This document shows positions 26,973 to 34,150 of a DNA stretch of 34,150 nucleotides, one piece after another. The stretch is taken from contig JAZDCZ010000176.1 of assembly GCA_036679605.1 (NCBI GenBank), positions 1 to 34,150 on the forward strand, in the 5' to 3' direction. This DNA is from Gemmatimonadota bacterium. GTDB taxonomy: Bacteria > Gemmatimonadota > Gemmatimonadetes > Gemmatimonadales > GWC2-71-9. Below the pieces are notes generated by a model. That model saw nothing but the letters and a program-made list of their open reading frames with translations. It was not told the origin of the DNA and did not search any database. Every line of letters begins with the position of its first letter. Within the stretch, counting starts at the first letter, position 1. Position numbers and translations under genes: made by a program.

Positions 26973-28412
26973 ATGATCCGAGGTCGAGTCATAACCCATC
27001 TTCAACTAGTCCTAGTTGCATCGGCTACAACCGCCCTATCTGCTCAGGGCGGCAGCGATGAAATTTCCAGGAGGATCGATGCACGCGGTGGGGCGTACGC
27101 CGACGTCGCGCGGCAGATCTGGGGGTTCGCGGAGCTAGGCTATCAGGAAGAACGCAGTTCCGCTCTGCTCCAGACCCAGCTGCGGGACGCCGGATTTGCA
27201 GTCGAGGCCGGAGTAGCCGGCATGCCGACAGCGTTCGTTGCCAGCTACGGAGCAGGTGGACCGACTATCGGTATTCCGGCCGAGTTCGACGCACTGCCTG
27301 GCATCTCGCAGGATACTGTTGCCGAGAGGAAACCGCTTGTTGATTTCGGCTCGGGGCATGCCTGCGGCCATCATCTCTTCGGCACTGCATCTATGGCAGC
27401 CGCGATAGAAGTAAAGGAGTGGCTGGAGGCGAGCGGTAAGCCGGGCACCGTCCGTCTGTACGGTACGCCAGCGGAGGAAGGTGGTGCTGGAAAGGTCTAT
27501 ATGGTTCGTGCCGGATTGTTTGACGATGTCGATATCGTGCTACACTGGCATCCGGACGACCGCAACGATGCCAGCCCCTCCACCAGCCTCGCCAACAGAT
27601 CGGCCAAGTTCCGATTCCACGGTGTCTCAACACATGCTGCCGGCGCGCCTGAGCGAGGACGTTCAGCATTGGATGCAGTCGAAGCGATGGACAACATGGT
27701 GAACATGATGCGCGAGCACGTGCCGTCAGACACTCGGATTCACTATGTGATCACGCGAGGTGGATTTGCGCCCAATGTGGTGCCGGACTTCGCCGAAGTT
27801 TACTACTACGTAAGGCACCCCGACGCCCAGTTGTTGGAGGGCATATGGGACCGAGTAGTCAAGGCGTCTGAGGGTGCTGCGTTGGGAACGGGAACGACGG
27901 CGGATCACGAAGTTATCCATGGAATTCACAGTCTGTTGCCGAATGACGTGATCGCCAAGCTCATGGATGCCAATCTGCGAAAGGTCGGCGGGGTTCATTA
28001 CACAGACGACGAGCGAAATTTCGCTGCCAGCATTCAAGCCACTCTGGGGATCCCAAATCCCTCGCTGGGGAGTGAGGAACATATCGAGCCGTACGAACTA
28101 AAAAGGGAGGGCGGTTCGACTGACGTCGGAGATGTGAGCTGGGTGGTGCCCACTGCCGGGCTCAGTACTGCTACTTGGGTACCAGGTACGTCGGCTCACA
28201 GCTGGCAAGCGGTAGCTGCCGGCGGCAAGGGCATTGGCATGAAAGGAATGTTGGTGGCGGCAAAGACTCTGGCCATGACGGCCGTCAGCATTCTCGAGAA
28301 TCCGTCCATAGTGCGAGCAGCTCACGAAGAGTTCGACAGACGACGGGGTCCCGATTTCAAATACTGGTCGCTGTTGGGCGATCGGTCACCGCCGTTGGAT
28401 TATCGACGGTAG
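26973..28412 (+). CDS. M20 amidohydrolase, AbgB-like (aminobenzoyl-glutamate hydrolase subunit B family), with signal peptide
   Basis: AAGGAG RBS; signal ending ALSA-Q; AELGYQE; EFDALPG; GHACGHH; GTPAEEG; WHP; GRSALDAVE; GSTDVGDVSW; HSWQ. Confidence 0.92.
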   Translation: MIRGRVITHLQLVLVASATTALSAQGGSDEISRRIDARGGAYADVARQIWGFAELGYQEERSSALLQTQLRDAGFAVEAGVAGMPTAFVASYGAGGPTIGIPAEFDALPGISQDTVAERKPLVDFGSGHACGHHLFGTASMAAAIEVKEWLEASGKPGTVRLYGTPAEEGGAGKVYMVRAGLFDDVDIVLHWHPDDRNDASPSTSLANRSAKFRFHGVSTHAAGAPERGRSALDAVEAMDNMVNMMREHVPSDTRIHYVITRGGFAPNVVPDFAEVYYYVRHPDAQLLEGIWDRVVKASEGAALGTGTTADHEVIHGIHSLLPNDVIAKLMDANLRKVGGVHYTDDERNFAASIQATLGIPNPSLGSEEHIEPYELKREGGSTDVGDVSWVVPTAGLSTATWVPGTSAHSWQAVAAGGKGIGMKGMLVAAKTLAMTAVSILENPSIVRAAHEEFDRRRGPDFKYWSLLGDRSPPLDYRR

Positions 28413-28437
28413 TCGTTTCTGGTCCTGGAATAACTCG

Positions 28438-28950
28438 ATGATATCGGACAACGACAAGATGGAGAAGGCCACTTTTGGCGCAGGTTGTTTTTGGGGAGTA
28501 GAGGCAACCTTTCGGCAGCTTGAGGGAGTGCTGTCGACTTCGGTGGGATACTCGGGTGGCACGCTCGAGAACCCGACCTATCAAGACGTATGCTCCGGTT
28601 GCACGGGGCATGCGGAAGTCGTAGAAGTCACCTTCGACCCGACCCGGATCTCTTATGACGAACTGCTCGATGTTTTCTGGGGCAGTCATGATCCTACCAC
28701 CCGTGACCGCCAAGGCCCGGACGTCGGGACTCAGTATAGATCTGCCGTGTTCTTTCACAGTCCGGAACAGGAGTCGGCTGCGCTGGCGTCTGTGGAGAGC
28801 TACAACAAGAGCGAACGATTCGGTGGCCCGATAGTTACGGAGATTGCACCGGTCTCGCGGTTCTACATGGCCGAGGATGATCATCAACAGTATTTGGAAA
28901 AGCGGGGCCTAGTACAGTGTTCGATTCGGCCCCATCGTGAAGTCCGCTAA
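28438..28950 (+). CDS. msrA: Peptide methionine sulfoxide reductase A
   Basis: GCFWG; GYSGG; TGHAE; HDPT; RQGPDVGTQYRS; AEDDHQQYL. Alternative start ATG 28459. Confidence 0.96.
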   Translation: MISDNDKMEKATFGAGCFWGVEATFRQLEGVLSTSVGYSGGTLENPTYQDVCSGCTGHAEVVEVTFDPTRISYDELLDVFWGSHDPTTRDRQGPDVGTQYRSAVFFHSPEQESAALASVESYNKSERFGGPIVTEIAPVSRFYMAEDDHQQYLEKRGLVQCSIRPHREVR

Positions 28951-28983
28951 GTCACTTTTTTGCGTGAACGATGTGAGGCAACG

Positions 28984-29835
28984 ATGAAAGCTTTCGTGGT
29001 ATTCCTGCTGAGTGCGTGTTTAGTATCATTGGCCCGTGCGCAGGCGCCGGAGTCTGAAACAACGATGCTGGGTGACGGGATCTATCAGTTCCGGTACAGG
29101 GCTCATAACGGTTTCTTCGTGGTCACATCTGAAGGGATCGTGGCGTTCGACCCGATATCGACTACGGCAGCCGCATTGTACGCTGACGAGATGAAACGCG
29201 TGGCGCCGGGTGTTCCGCTCGTTGCCATCATTTACAGCCACGACCATGCCGATCACGCAACTGGTGCGAACGTGCTCAGGGCAGCGTTTGGAGGGACAAT
29301 CCCGGTGATCGCTCACGAGAACGTCGTCGCGAAAATCGAACAGACCGGAAGTTCCGATCTGCCGCAGCCGACCATGACATTCACCGACAAACTGATACTC
29401 CATTTCGGTGCTCGCAGATTGGAGCTGCACTACCTCGGCAAGAGCCACAGTGACAACATGATCGTGGCCCTGATGCCGCAGGAAAAGATCGCATTCGCCG
29501 TGGATTTTGTGAGCAATGATCGAGTAGGGTTTCGCGAACTTCCCGACTACTACTTCCCAGATTTCTTCGAAGCTCTGAGTCGACTGCAGGGGCTCGACTT
29601 TGAGCGGATAGCTTTCGGGCATGGACCGCCGGGTGACCGCGCGGCGATCGATCGTCAGTTGAGTTACTACTACGACCTCCGCGCGGCCGTGCGTAGGGCC
29701 GTCGATGACGGGCTGTCGGAGGACCAGGCTGCTGAACGAGTGCGCTTACCGGCATATCGGGAGTGGACGCAGTACGAGAGCTGGTTCCCACTCAATGTTA
29801 GAGCGATCTACAGATGGATGGCGGAAGGGAACTAG
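28984..29835 (+). CDS. Secreted MBL-fold metallo-hydrolase
   Basis: GAGG then ATG 28984; signal ending ARA-Q; SHDHADH; SHS; AVD; FGHG. Confidence 0.9.
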   Translation: MKAFVVFLLSACLVSLARAQAPESETTMLGDGIYQFRYRAHNGFFVVTSEGIVAFDPISTTAAALYADEMKRVAPGVPLVAIIYSHDHADHATGANVLRAAFGGTIPVIAHENVVAKIEQTGSSDLPQPTMTFTDKLILHFGARRLELHYLGKSHSDNMIVALMPQEKIAFAVDFVSNDRVGFRELPDYYFPDFFEALSRLQGLDFERIAFGHGPPGDRAAIDRQLSYYYDLRAAVRRAVDDGLSEDQAAERVRLPAYREWTQYESWFPLNVRAIYRWMAEGN

Positions 29836-29837
29836 CG

Positions 29838-29858
29838 CGGGAAGCGGGAAACGGGAAA
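29838..29858 (+). repeat. Heptamer tandem repeat CGGGAA(G/A) x3
   Basis: CGGGAAG-CGGGAAA-CGGGAAA fills most of the 24-bp gap between the MBL stop and the tag GTG. Confidence 0.7.
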
Positions 29859-29859
29859 C

Positions 29860-30423
29860 GTGCACGAACGGTGTGAGTGGTGTCTAGGTAGCGATCTCAT
29901 GATCGCATATCATGACGAGGAGTGGGGCGTTCCCGTACATGATGACCGAAAACTTTTCGAGTTCTTGGTGCTCGACGCGTTTCAGGCCGGCCTCAGTTGG
30001 TCCACGATACTCAACAAACGGGAGAATTTCCGGAAGGCATTCGCCAATTTCGAACCTCAGAAGATCGCCAGATACACTGAGCGGAAAGTAGAACGCTTGC
30101 TCTTGGACAAGGGCATAGTGCGAAACCGTCAGAAGGTGACCGCGACGGTTGCGAATGCGAAGTCGTTTCTAGAGATCCAAGACGAATGCGGCTCATTCGA
30201 TTCTTTCGTCTGGCAGTTTGTGGGAGGGTCACCGCAGAGAAATCGATGGCGCTCGATGGGTCAGATCCCGGCTAGTACCAAAGAGTCGGATGCCATGAGC
30301 AAGGCGCTCAAGGAGCGTGGCTTGAAGTTTGTCGGACCAACGATCTGCTACGCGTTTATGCAGGCCGCGGGAATGGTGAATGATCACAAAGTGAATTGCT
30401 TCCGTTACGACCAAGTTGGATGA
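29860..30423 (+). CDS. tag: DNA-3-methyladenine glycosylase I
   Basis: RCEW; YHDEEWGVPVHDDRKLFE; QAGLSWSTILNKRENFR; IVRNRQK; KFVGPTICYAFMQAAGMVNDH...C. Confidence 0.96.
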   Translation: MHERCEWCLGSDLMIAYHDEEWGVPVHDDRKLFEFLVLDAFQAGLSWSTILNKRENFRKAFANFEPQKIARYTERKVERLLLDKGIVRNRQKVTATVANAKSFLEIQDECGSFDSFVWQFVGGSPQRNRWRSMGQIPASTKESDAMSKALKERGLKFVGPTICYAFMQAAGMVNDHKVNCFRYDQVG

Positions 30424-31133
30424 AGAGAGTTGTCGGTCAGGATCTCTGTCAAGTGGCCATGTTCGACATTATCACGTTTGATTGCTACGGCACATTGATC
30501 GACTGGGAGTCCGGGATCAGCCGTGCGATAATGGAAGCTGCAGAGCGCGCGGGTGTGCAGATAGAGCAAGATGATGTGATCGAGGCGTACCATCTGGCGG
30601 AGCCCGAAGTCGAGTCGGAGGGCTACCGACCGTATCGCGAAGTCTTGGCTCATGCGGTAAGCACCACGGCCAGGCGGCTTGGCTGGAGTCTGGAAGTCGC
30701 TGAAGCTGGATTTCTCGCCCAGAGCCTGCCCGACTGGCCGGTGTTCGAAGATTCAAATACTGCGCTCGAAGAACTCAAGGCTGCCGGCTACCGGCTTGGT
30801 ATTCTGTCGAATGTCGATGATGATTTGCTCCAGGGAACCCTGCGCCACTTTACGATTGAGTTCGACTTTCTCGTTACGGCAGCACAGGTGCGCTCGTACA
30901 AGCCGGCGCCCGCACATTTCTCGAGAGCTAAAGAGATAATTGGCGGGATACGATGGTTACATGCTGCGCAGAGTTACTTTCACGACGTGGTACCCGCCAG
31001 ATCCCTTGGTATACCTGTAGTCTGGGTGAACAGGAAGAACGAGCCTCCATCCGGCGATGCCAAGCCGGATGGCGAAGTGAATAGTCTAGGTGGTCTCGTT
31101 CGGTGGCTCGGCAGTCAGCCAGAGGCTAGCTGA
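30420..31133 (+). CDS. HAD-superfamily hydrolase (haloacid dehalogenase type II-like)
   Basis: FDCYGTLIDWE; LSNVD; YKP; AQSYFHDVVPA; WVNR. The start is either ATG 30420 (ATGA overlap with tag) or ATG 30459. Confidence 0.9.
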   Translation: MKRVVGQDLCQVAMFDIITFDCYGTLIDWESGISRAIMEAAERAGVQIEQDDVIEAYHLAEPEVESEGYRPYREVLAHAVSTTARRLGWSLEVAEAGFLAQSLPDWPVFEDSNTALEELKAAGYRLGILSNVDDDLLQGTLRHFTIEFDFLVTAAQVRSYKPAPAHFSRAKEIIGGIRWLHAAQSYFHDVVPARSLGIPVVWVNRKNEPPSGDAKPDGEVNSLGGLVRWLGSQPEAS

Positions 31134-31234
31134 GGCGGGAGATGTTTCTCCGGGAACGATGTATCGAATGGCCTGGATCCTGAAGGGTTCCACAGAAATC
31201 AACCGGCCGTCGAACGTGAGCCACGACCTGCCGC

Positions 31235-31600
31235 CTATCGGTCGAAGCGAACTCGCTCCGCAGTCTTGGCACTCAAACGGATTCTGGGATTGAGCAACTC
31301 GTTGGAATCCAGGAGATACGCCAGAACCATCCAGTAGTCGCTCTCCGCGAGACTCCCCACAGAATCGTATGGCATCGCCAGGCTCGTATAGCCGTACAGC
31401 GTCGGGGCGGAACGATATAGCTTTAGAATGTCACGGGTCAGTGGCGGGCCCAGGCTTCCTTCATTCTGGTGGCAACCGCTACAAACCTGCTGGTACAATC
31501 GCGCGCCGTCTGCCACTTGCTGCTCGACTGCGGGCGAACTTCCTTGGCAGGCTAGTCCAGCCACGGCTCCGGCCACGAGTAGAGATGAACGGATTGCCAT
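31235..31600 (-). CDS. Monoheme c-type cytochrome lipoprotein (121 aa)
   Basis: GAAGGA RBS then ATG 31600; lipobox AGLA-C; GARLYQQVCSGCH; distal AMP (probable Met ligand) in YTSLAMPYDSVGSL...LAYLL. Confidence 0.88.
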   Translation of the reverse strand: MAIRSSLLVAGAVAGLACQGSSPAVEQQVADGARLYQQVCSGCHQNEGSLGPPLTRDILKLYRSAPTLYGYTSLAMPYDSVGSLAESDYWMVLAYLLDSNELLNPRIRLSAKTAERVRFDR

Positions 31601-31781
31601 CAACTCAGTTCCTTCAACATTTTTCGCTCGGACATGCTTTTCACCTAGCTCGATAGGAGACAGTCGCAAGTCACGGTTCCGGATTGTAGGGAGTTGGAAA
31701 GCCCGCGTCCATACCTCCCCTGGTGATGTTTGTCCGGTTCTGCCATTTTTCACTCTCCTGTGGAGCGAGAGGAGATCGACG

Positions 31782-32342
31782 TTGGCGCTGAGTCCTACAG
31801 ACGAGAACACACTCCGTATGTTCAGAAACTTGGCGGACGAGGTTCGGAAGGCCCAAGTGGCGATCAAGGAGGCGAGCGGCGAGATGAGGATCGTCGGTGG
31901 ATATCTCGAATCCAAAGACGCAGTAGCGACCTATAAGATTCTGTGTCTGCCCGTGAGGCGAGCATATCTAGCGAGAGACCGTGTATGCCTGACCCGAGTC
32001 CATGAGATCCTTGCTACGATCCAAGATCCAGCAATCGCAGCTAGAGTTGCTCAGGTTAGTGGCAACAACGACAAGGTTCGAGAAGACGTCAATTCGACCA
32101 CTATCTTGAACGACCGGCCACTGAGCCACAGTGAGGTGTTTGACGCGTGGCTCGAGGCGGTCATCTTCGGCAACTTCGGCGGCAAGGATGCCATATACAA
32201 TGAACTCTTGAACGAATGTGGCAGGGCGATAGAGGGGATTGCGGTAAGGATCACCGAGTCGATTGCCGACGGAATTCTGGAAACCGATGCGCTTGTAGCG
32301 GAGGTGCTGGGTGAACCCAAAGGTGAGGCAAGCAATGACTAG
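31782..32342 (+). CDS. Hypothetical protein (186 aa, probably cytoplasmic and helical)
   Basis: AGGAG RBS before TTG 31782; the stop overlaps the next gene start; no family recognised. Confidence 0.7.
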   Translation: MALSPTDENTLRMFRNLADEVRKAQVAIKEASGEMRIVGGYLESKDAVATYKILCLPVRRAYLARDRVCLTRVHEILATIQDPAIAARVAQVSGNNDKVREDVNSTTILNDRPLSHSEVFDAWLEAVIFGNFGGKDAIYNELLNECGRAIEGIAVRITESIADGILETDALVAEVLGEPKGEASND

Positions 32343-33780
32343 GCTGTTGGCGAGTACGTCTTTGATAGCTACGGCGATTATTGGAGCTACTGCTGCATGC
32401 ACGATACAATCAGCCAGTGCCCAAGATGTGGTAATTAAGGGTGGCTGGTTATTCGATGGCATAACAGATAGTGTCGTGCCCAACTCCGCGATACTCGTGA
32501 GGTCGGGCAAGTTTCTTGGAGTCGGGCCAGCGAGCTTGGATCAAGTGGCTGATGGCACTAGAGAAATAAACTTGGACGACGATGCGTACATCATACCGGG
32601 AATGTTCGACCTGCATGCACACTACGCCATGGATCTATTCGGCAAAGGTCGAGTGGACGAGCTGCGCGCCTACCCGACCATCTTCCTAGCGAACGGAGTG
32701 ACATCGACTTTTCCCGCTGGTGAGGTGGATCCTGATAGCATGGCGGCGTTGAGGCAGCGGATCGACGATGGCAAGCAAGTTGGGCCGCGTATTTTCAATT
32801 CGGGGCCGTACTTCGGTGGAGCCCGCGAAGGGTGGAACAGAAACGCCACCGCCGAGGACATCTATCGTGAGGTCGATTACTGGGCGGCCCGTGGTGTGCG
32901 CAACTTTAAAGCGAAACGGATCAGCCCTGAGCATCTCCGTGCGCTCATAGATAGGGCGCACATGCACGGAGCGACCGTTACAGGGCATCTAGAGTCGGGA
33001 TTCCGTAATACCGTGAACCCACGTGACGCGATTCTAATGGGAATCGATCGTGTCGAACACTTCTTGGGTGGTGATGCTATCACCGGCGACAAGCCGGCGT
33101 ATCAATCGCTCGAGTATCTGAATACCGACGACCCTGCCATAGACTCAATCGTGTCGCTCTATCTGACCCATCGAGTGTTCTTTGATGCGACCCTCACGGC
33201 ATACGGGTACTACGGAAAGAGAGATCCCGAGGTCTACACGTATTTCGATGACGAGTTGAAATATCTCACTCCTTACATGAGGGAACTGATAAGAAAGCGC
33301 CCGCCCCGCCCTGTGAACGAGCAGTTCGAGAGGATCTACTGGGTGAAGCGGCGCACCGTAAAAGCTTTCTTCGAAGCGGGTGGCGAGAACTGGATTACTT
33401 TGGGTACCGACCACCCCAGTTGGGGTGAGTTTCTCTCGGGGTTTTCTATCCATCGGGAACTGCAGGTGTTCGTGCTCTCAGGGTTGCCGCCGGCCGCGGC
33501 TCTCAAGATCGCGACGATCAACAGTGCGCGTGCCATCAATGTTTCCAGCTACCTGGGCACGATAGAGCCCGGCAAGTTCGCCGACCTAGTAGTCGTCGAA
33601 GGGAATCCGCTGGAAGATATTCGCAACACACGCAACACGCGCATTATTATCAAATCTGGTCGGGTGTATGACCCTAGGGATTTGCTGAGGTCGGTTGAAG
33701 GAACGATCGGTCCTGGCGGTCCGGACGAAGTCGAGCGTTGGACGAGGGCGGTACGGGTGCCGACTGGTGGGACTTGGTAA
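32335..33780 (+). CDS. Secreted metal-dependent amidohydrolase (Amidohydro_1 family)
   Basis: Signal ending ASA-Q; IIPGMFDLHAH; NGVTS; GH; EH; LGTD; ATINSARA; GTIEPGKFADLVVVEGNPL. Confidence 0.92.
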   Translation: MTRLLASTSLIATAIIGATAACTIQSASAQDVVIKGGWLFDGITDSVVPNSAILVRSGKFLGVGPASLDQVADGTREINLDDDAYIIPGMFDLHAHYAMDLFGKGRVDELRAYPTIFLANGVTSTFPAGEVDPDSMAALRQRIDDGKQVGPRIFNSGPYFGGAREGWNRNATAEDIYREVDYWAARGVRNFKAKRISPEHLRALIDRAHMHGATVTGHLESGFRNTVNPRDAILMGIDRVEHFLGGDAITGDKPAYQSLEYLNTDDPAIDSIVSLYLTHRVFFDATLTAYGYYGKRDPEVYTYFDDELKYLTPYMRELIRKRPPRPVNEQFERIYWVKRRTVKAFFEAGGENWITLGTDHPSWGEFLSGFSIHRELQVFVLSGLPPAAALKIATINSARAINVSSYLGTIEPGKFADLVVVEGNPLEDIRNTRNTRIIIKSGRVYDPRDLLRSVEGTIGPGGPDEVERWTRAVRVPTGGTW

Positions 33781-33820
33781 GGCGCGACGTAACCCAGTAT
33801 AAGCCCAAGGAGGTGTTTTG

Positions 33821-34150
33821 ATGTCGCATCGGCGAACTTTTCTGAAGCAGATGGCATCTGTTGCCGGGGCGTCCGGTTTGGGCGGTGTACTTGCGGTCCA
33901 ACAGGCGTTTGCTGTCCAGTTGCGCGAAGTTTCTCGAACCGAAGGTACGCGGTGGAATGCTCTCGGAGATCGGTATCTCCTGGGCTCAGACGTAATCTAT
34001 TTCAATCATGGGTCCATAGGGACGATACCTCGGGTAGTGCACGAAGCCCATGTAGCCTATCTCCGCATTTGCGAGGAAAACCCTTGGGCTTACATGTGGG
34101 GTGGCGAATGGGAGCAGCCGCGTGAACGGGTCCGGCAGAAATCCGCGGAG
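33821..34150 (+). CDS. Tat-exported class V PLP-dependent enzyme (isopenicillin N epimerase/PvdN-like), truncated by the window end
   Basis: Absent from the ORF track. AAGGAGGT RBS then ATG 33821: MSHRRTFLKQ... (twin-Arg), AFA cleavage site, then YLLGSDVIYFNHGSIGTIP, a class V N-terminal motif. Open to the window end. Confidence 0.85.
   Translation, partial: MSHRRTFLKQMASVAGASGLGGVLAVQQAFAVQLREVSRTEGTRWNALGDRYLLGSDVIYFNHGSIGTIPRVVHEAHVAYLRICEENPWAYMWGGEWEQPRERVRQKSAE

Noticed and set aside
26973..28412. abgABT folate-catabolism operon
   Set aside because: There is no abgA or abgT, and the protein has a signal peptide, so only a family-level call is made.
31428..31915. Apparent long overlap between the 226-aa minus ORF and the 304-aa plus ORF
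   Set aside because: Artefact of longest-ORF starts. RBS-supported starts at 31600 (-) and 31782 (+) give two divergent, non-overlapping genes.
27..33901. Numerous 60-210 aa antisense or alternative-frame ORFs in the track
   Set aside because: They are shadows of well-supported genes in GC-rich DNA, with no recognisable motifs.
1..34150. Mobile elements, prophage, defence systems, CRISPR, tRNA/rRNA
   Set aside because: I recognised no transposase, integrase, phage, nuclease or cas genes, repeat-spacer arrays or structural RNA signatures.

Overview
This is a gene-dense, moderately GC-rich bacterial chromosomal window. The kinase-TM-TolB_N-like-TPR protein, the large FG-GAP/ASPIC lipoprotein and the many secreted hydrolases suggest Gemmatimonadota or a similar diderm heterotroph; this is inference, as no marker gene is present. 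I found no mobile elements, CRISPR arrays, rRNA or tRNA. Coding content, about 25 CDS in order: a TPR+CsgG/FlgO-like lipoprotein (truncated at the left edge and missed by the ORF track), DPP-IV-like S9B peptidase, two unannotated 50-54 aa membrane micro-proteins, Ser/Thr kinase, B12-type radical SAM enzyme, LA_2272-like repeat protein, ABC exporter, double FG-GAP/ASPIC-UnbV lipoprotein, sorbosone-dehydrogenase-family protein, extended PilT, GGT, membrane-fused spermidine-synthase-like protein, APC permease-PTS EIIA-RCK_C fusion, a 35-aa signal-peptide ORF, Tat-exported HisC-like aminotransferase, AbgB-like M20 hydrolase, MsrA, MBL hydrolase, Tag, HAD, cytochrome c, a hypothetical protein, an amidohydrolase and a Tat-exported class V PLP enzyme (truncated at the right edge and missed by the ORF track). 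The best novel candidates are three. (1) An unannotated ~125-nt minus-strand unit at ~11722-11874 with a near-consensus sigma54 promoter, a strand-matched intrinsic terminator and an internal degenerate copy of its own promoter, i.e. a candidate sRNA. (2) A PtaA-like plus PvdN-like pair of Tat-exported PLP enzymes near secreted glutamyl-amide enzymes, with no NRPS in the window. (3) A permease that keeps the EIIA phospho-His, next to a spermidine-synthase-like fusion whose motifs point to a methyltransferase. All family calls come from motif reading; no database searches were run.
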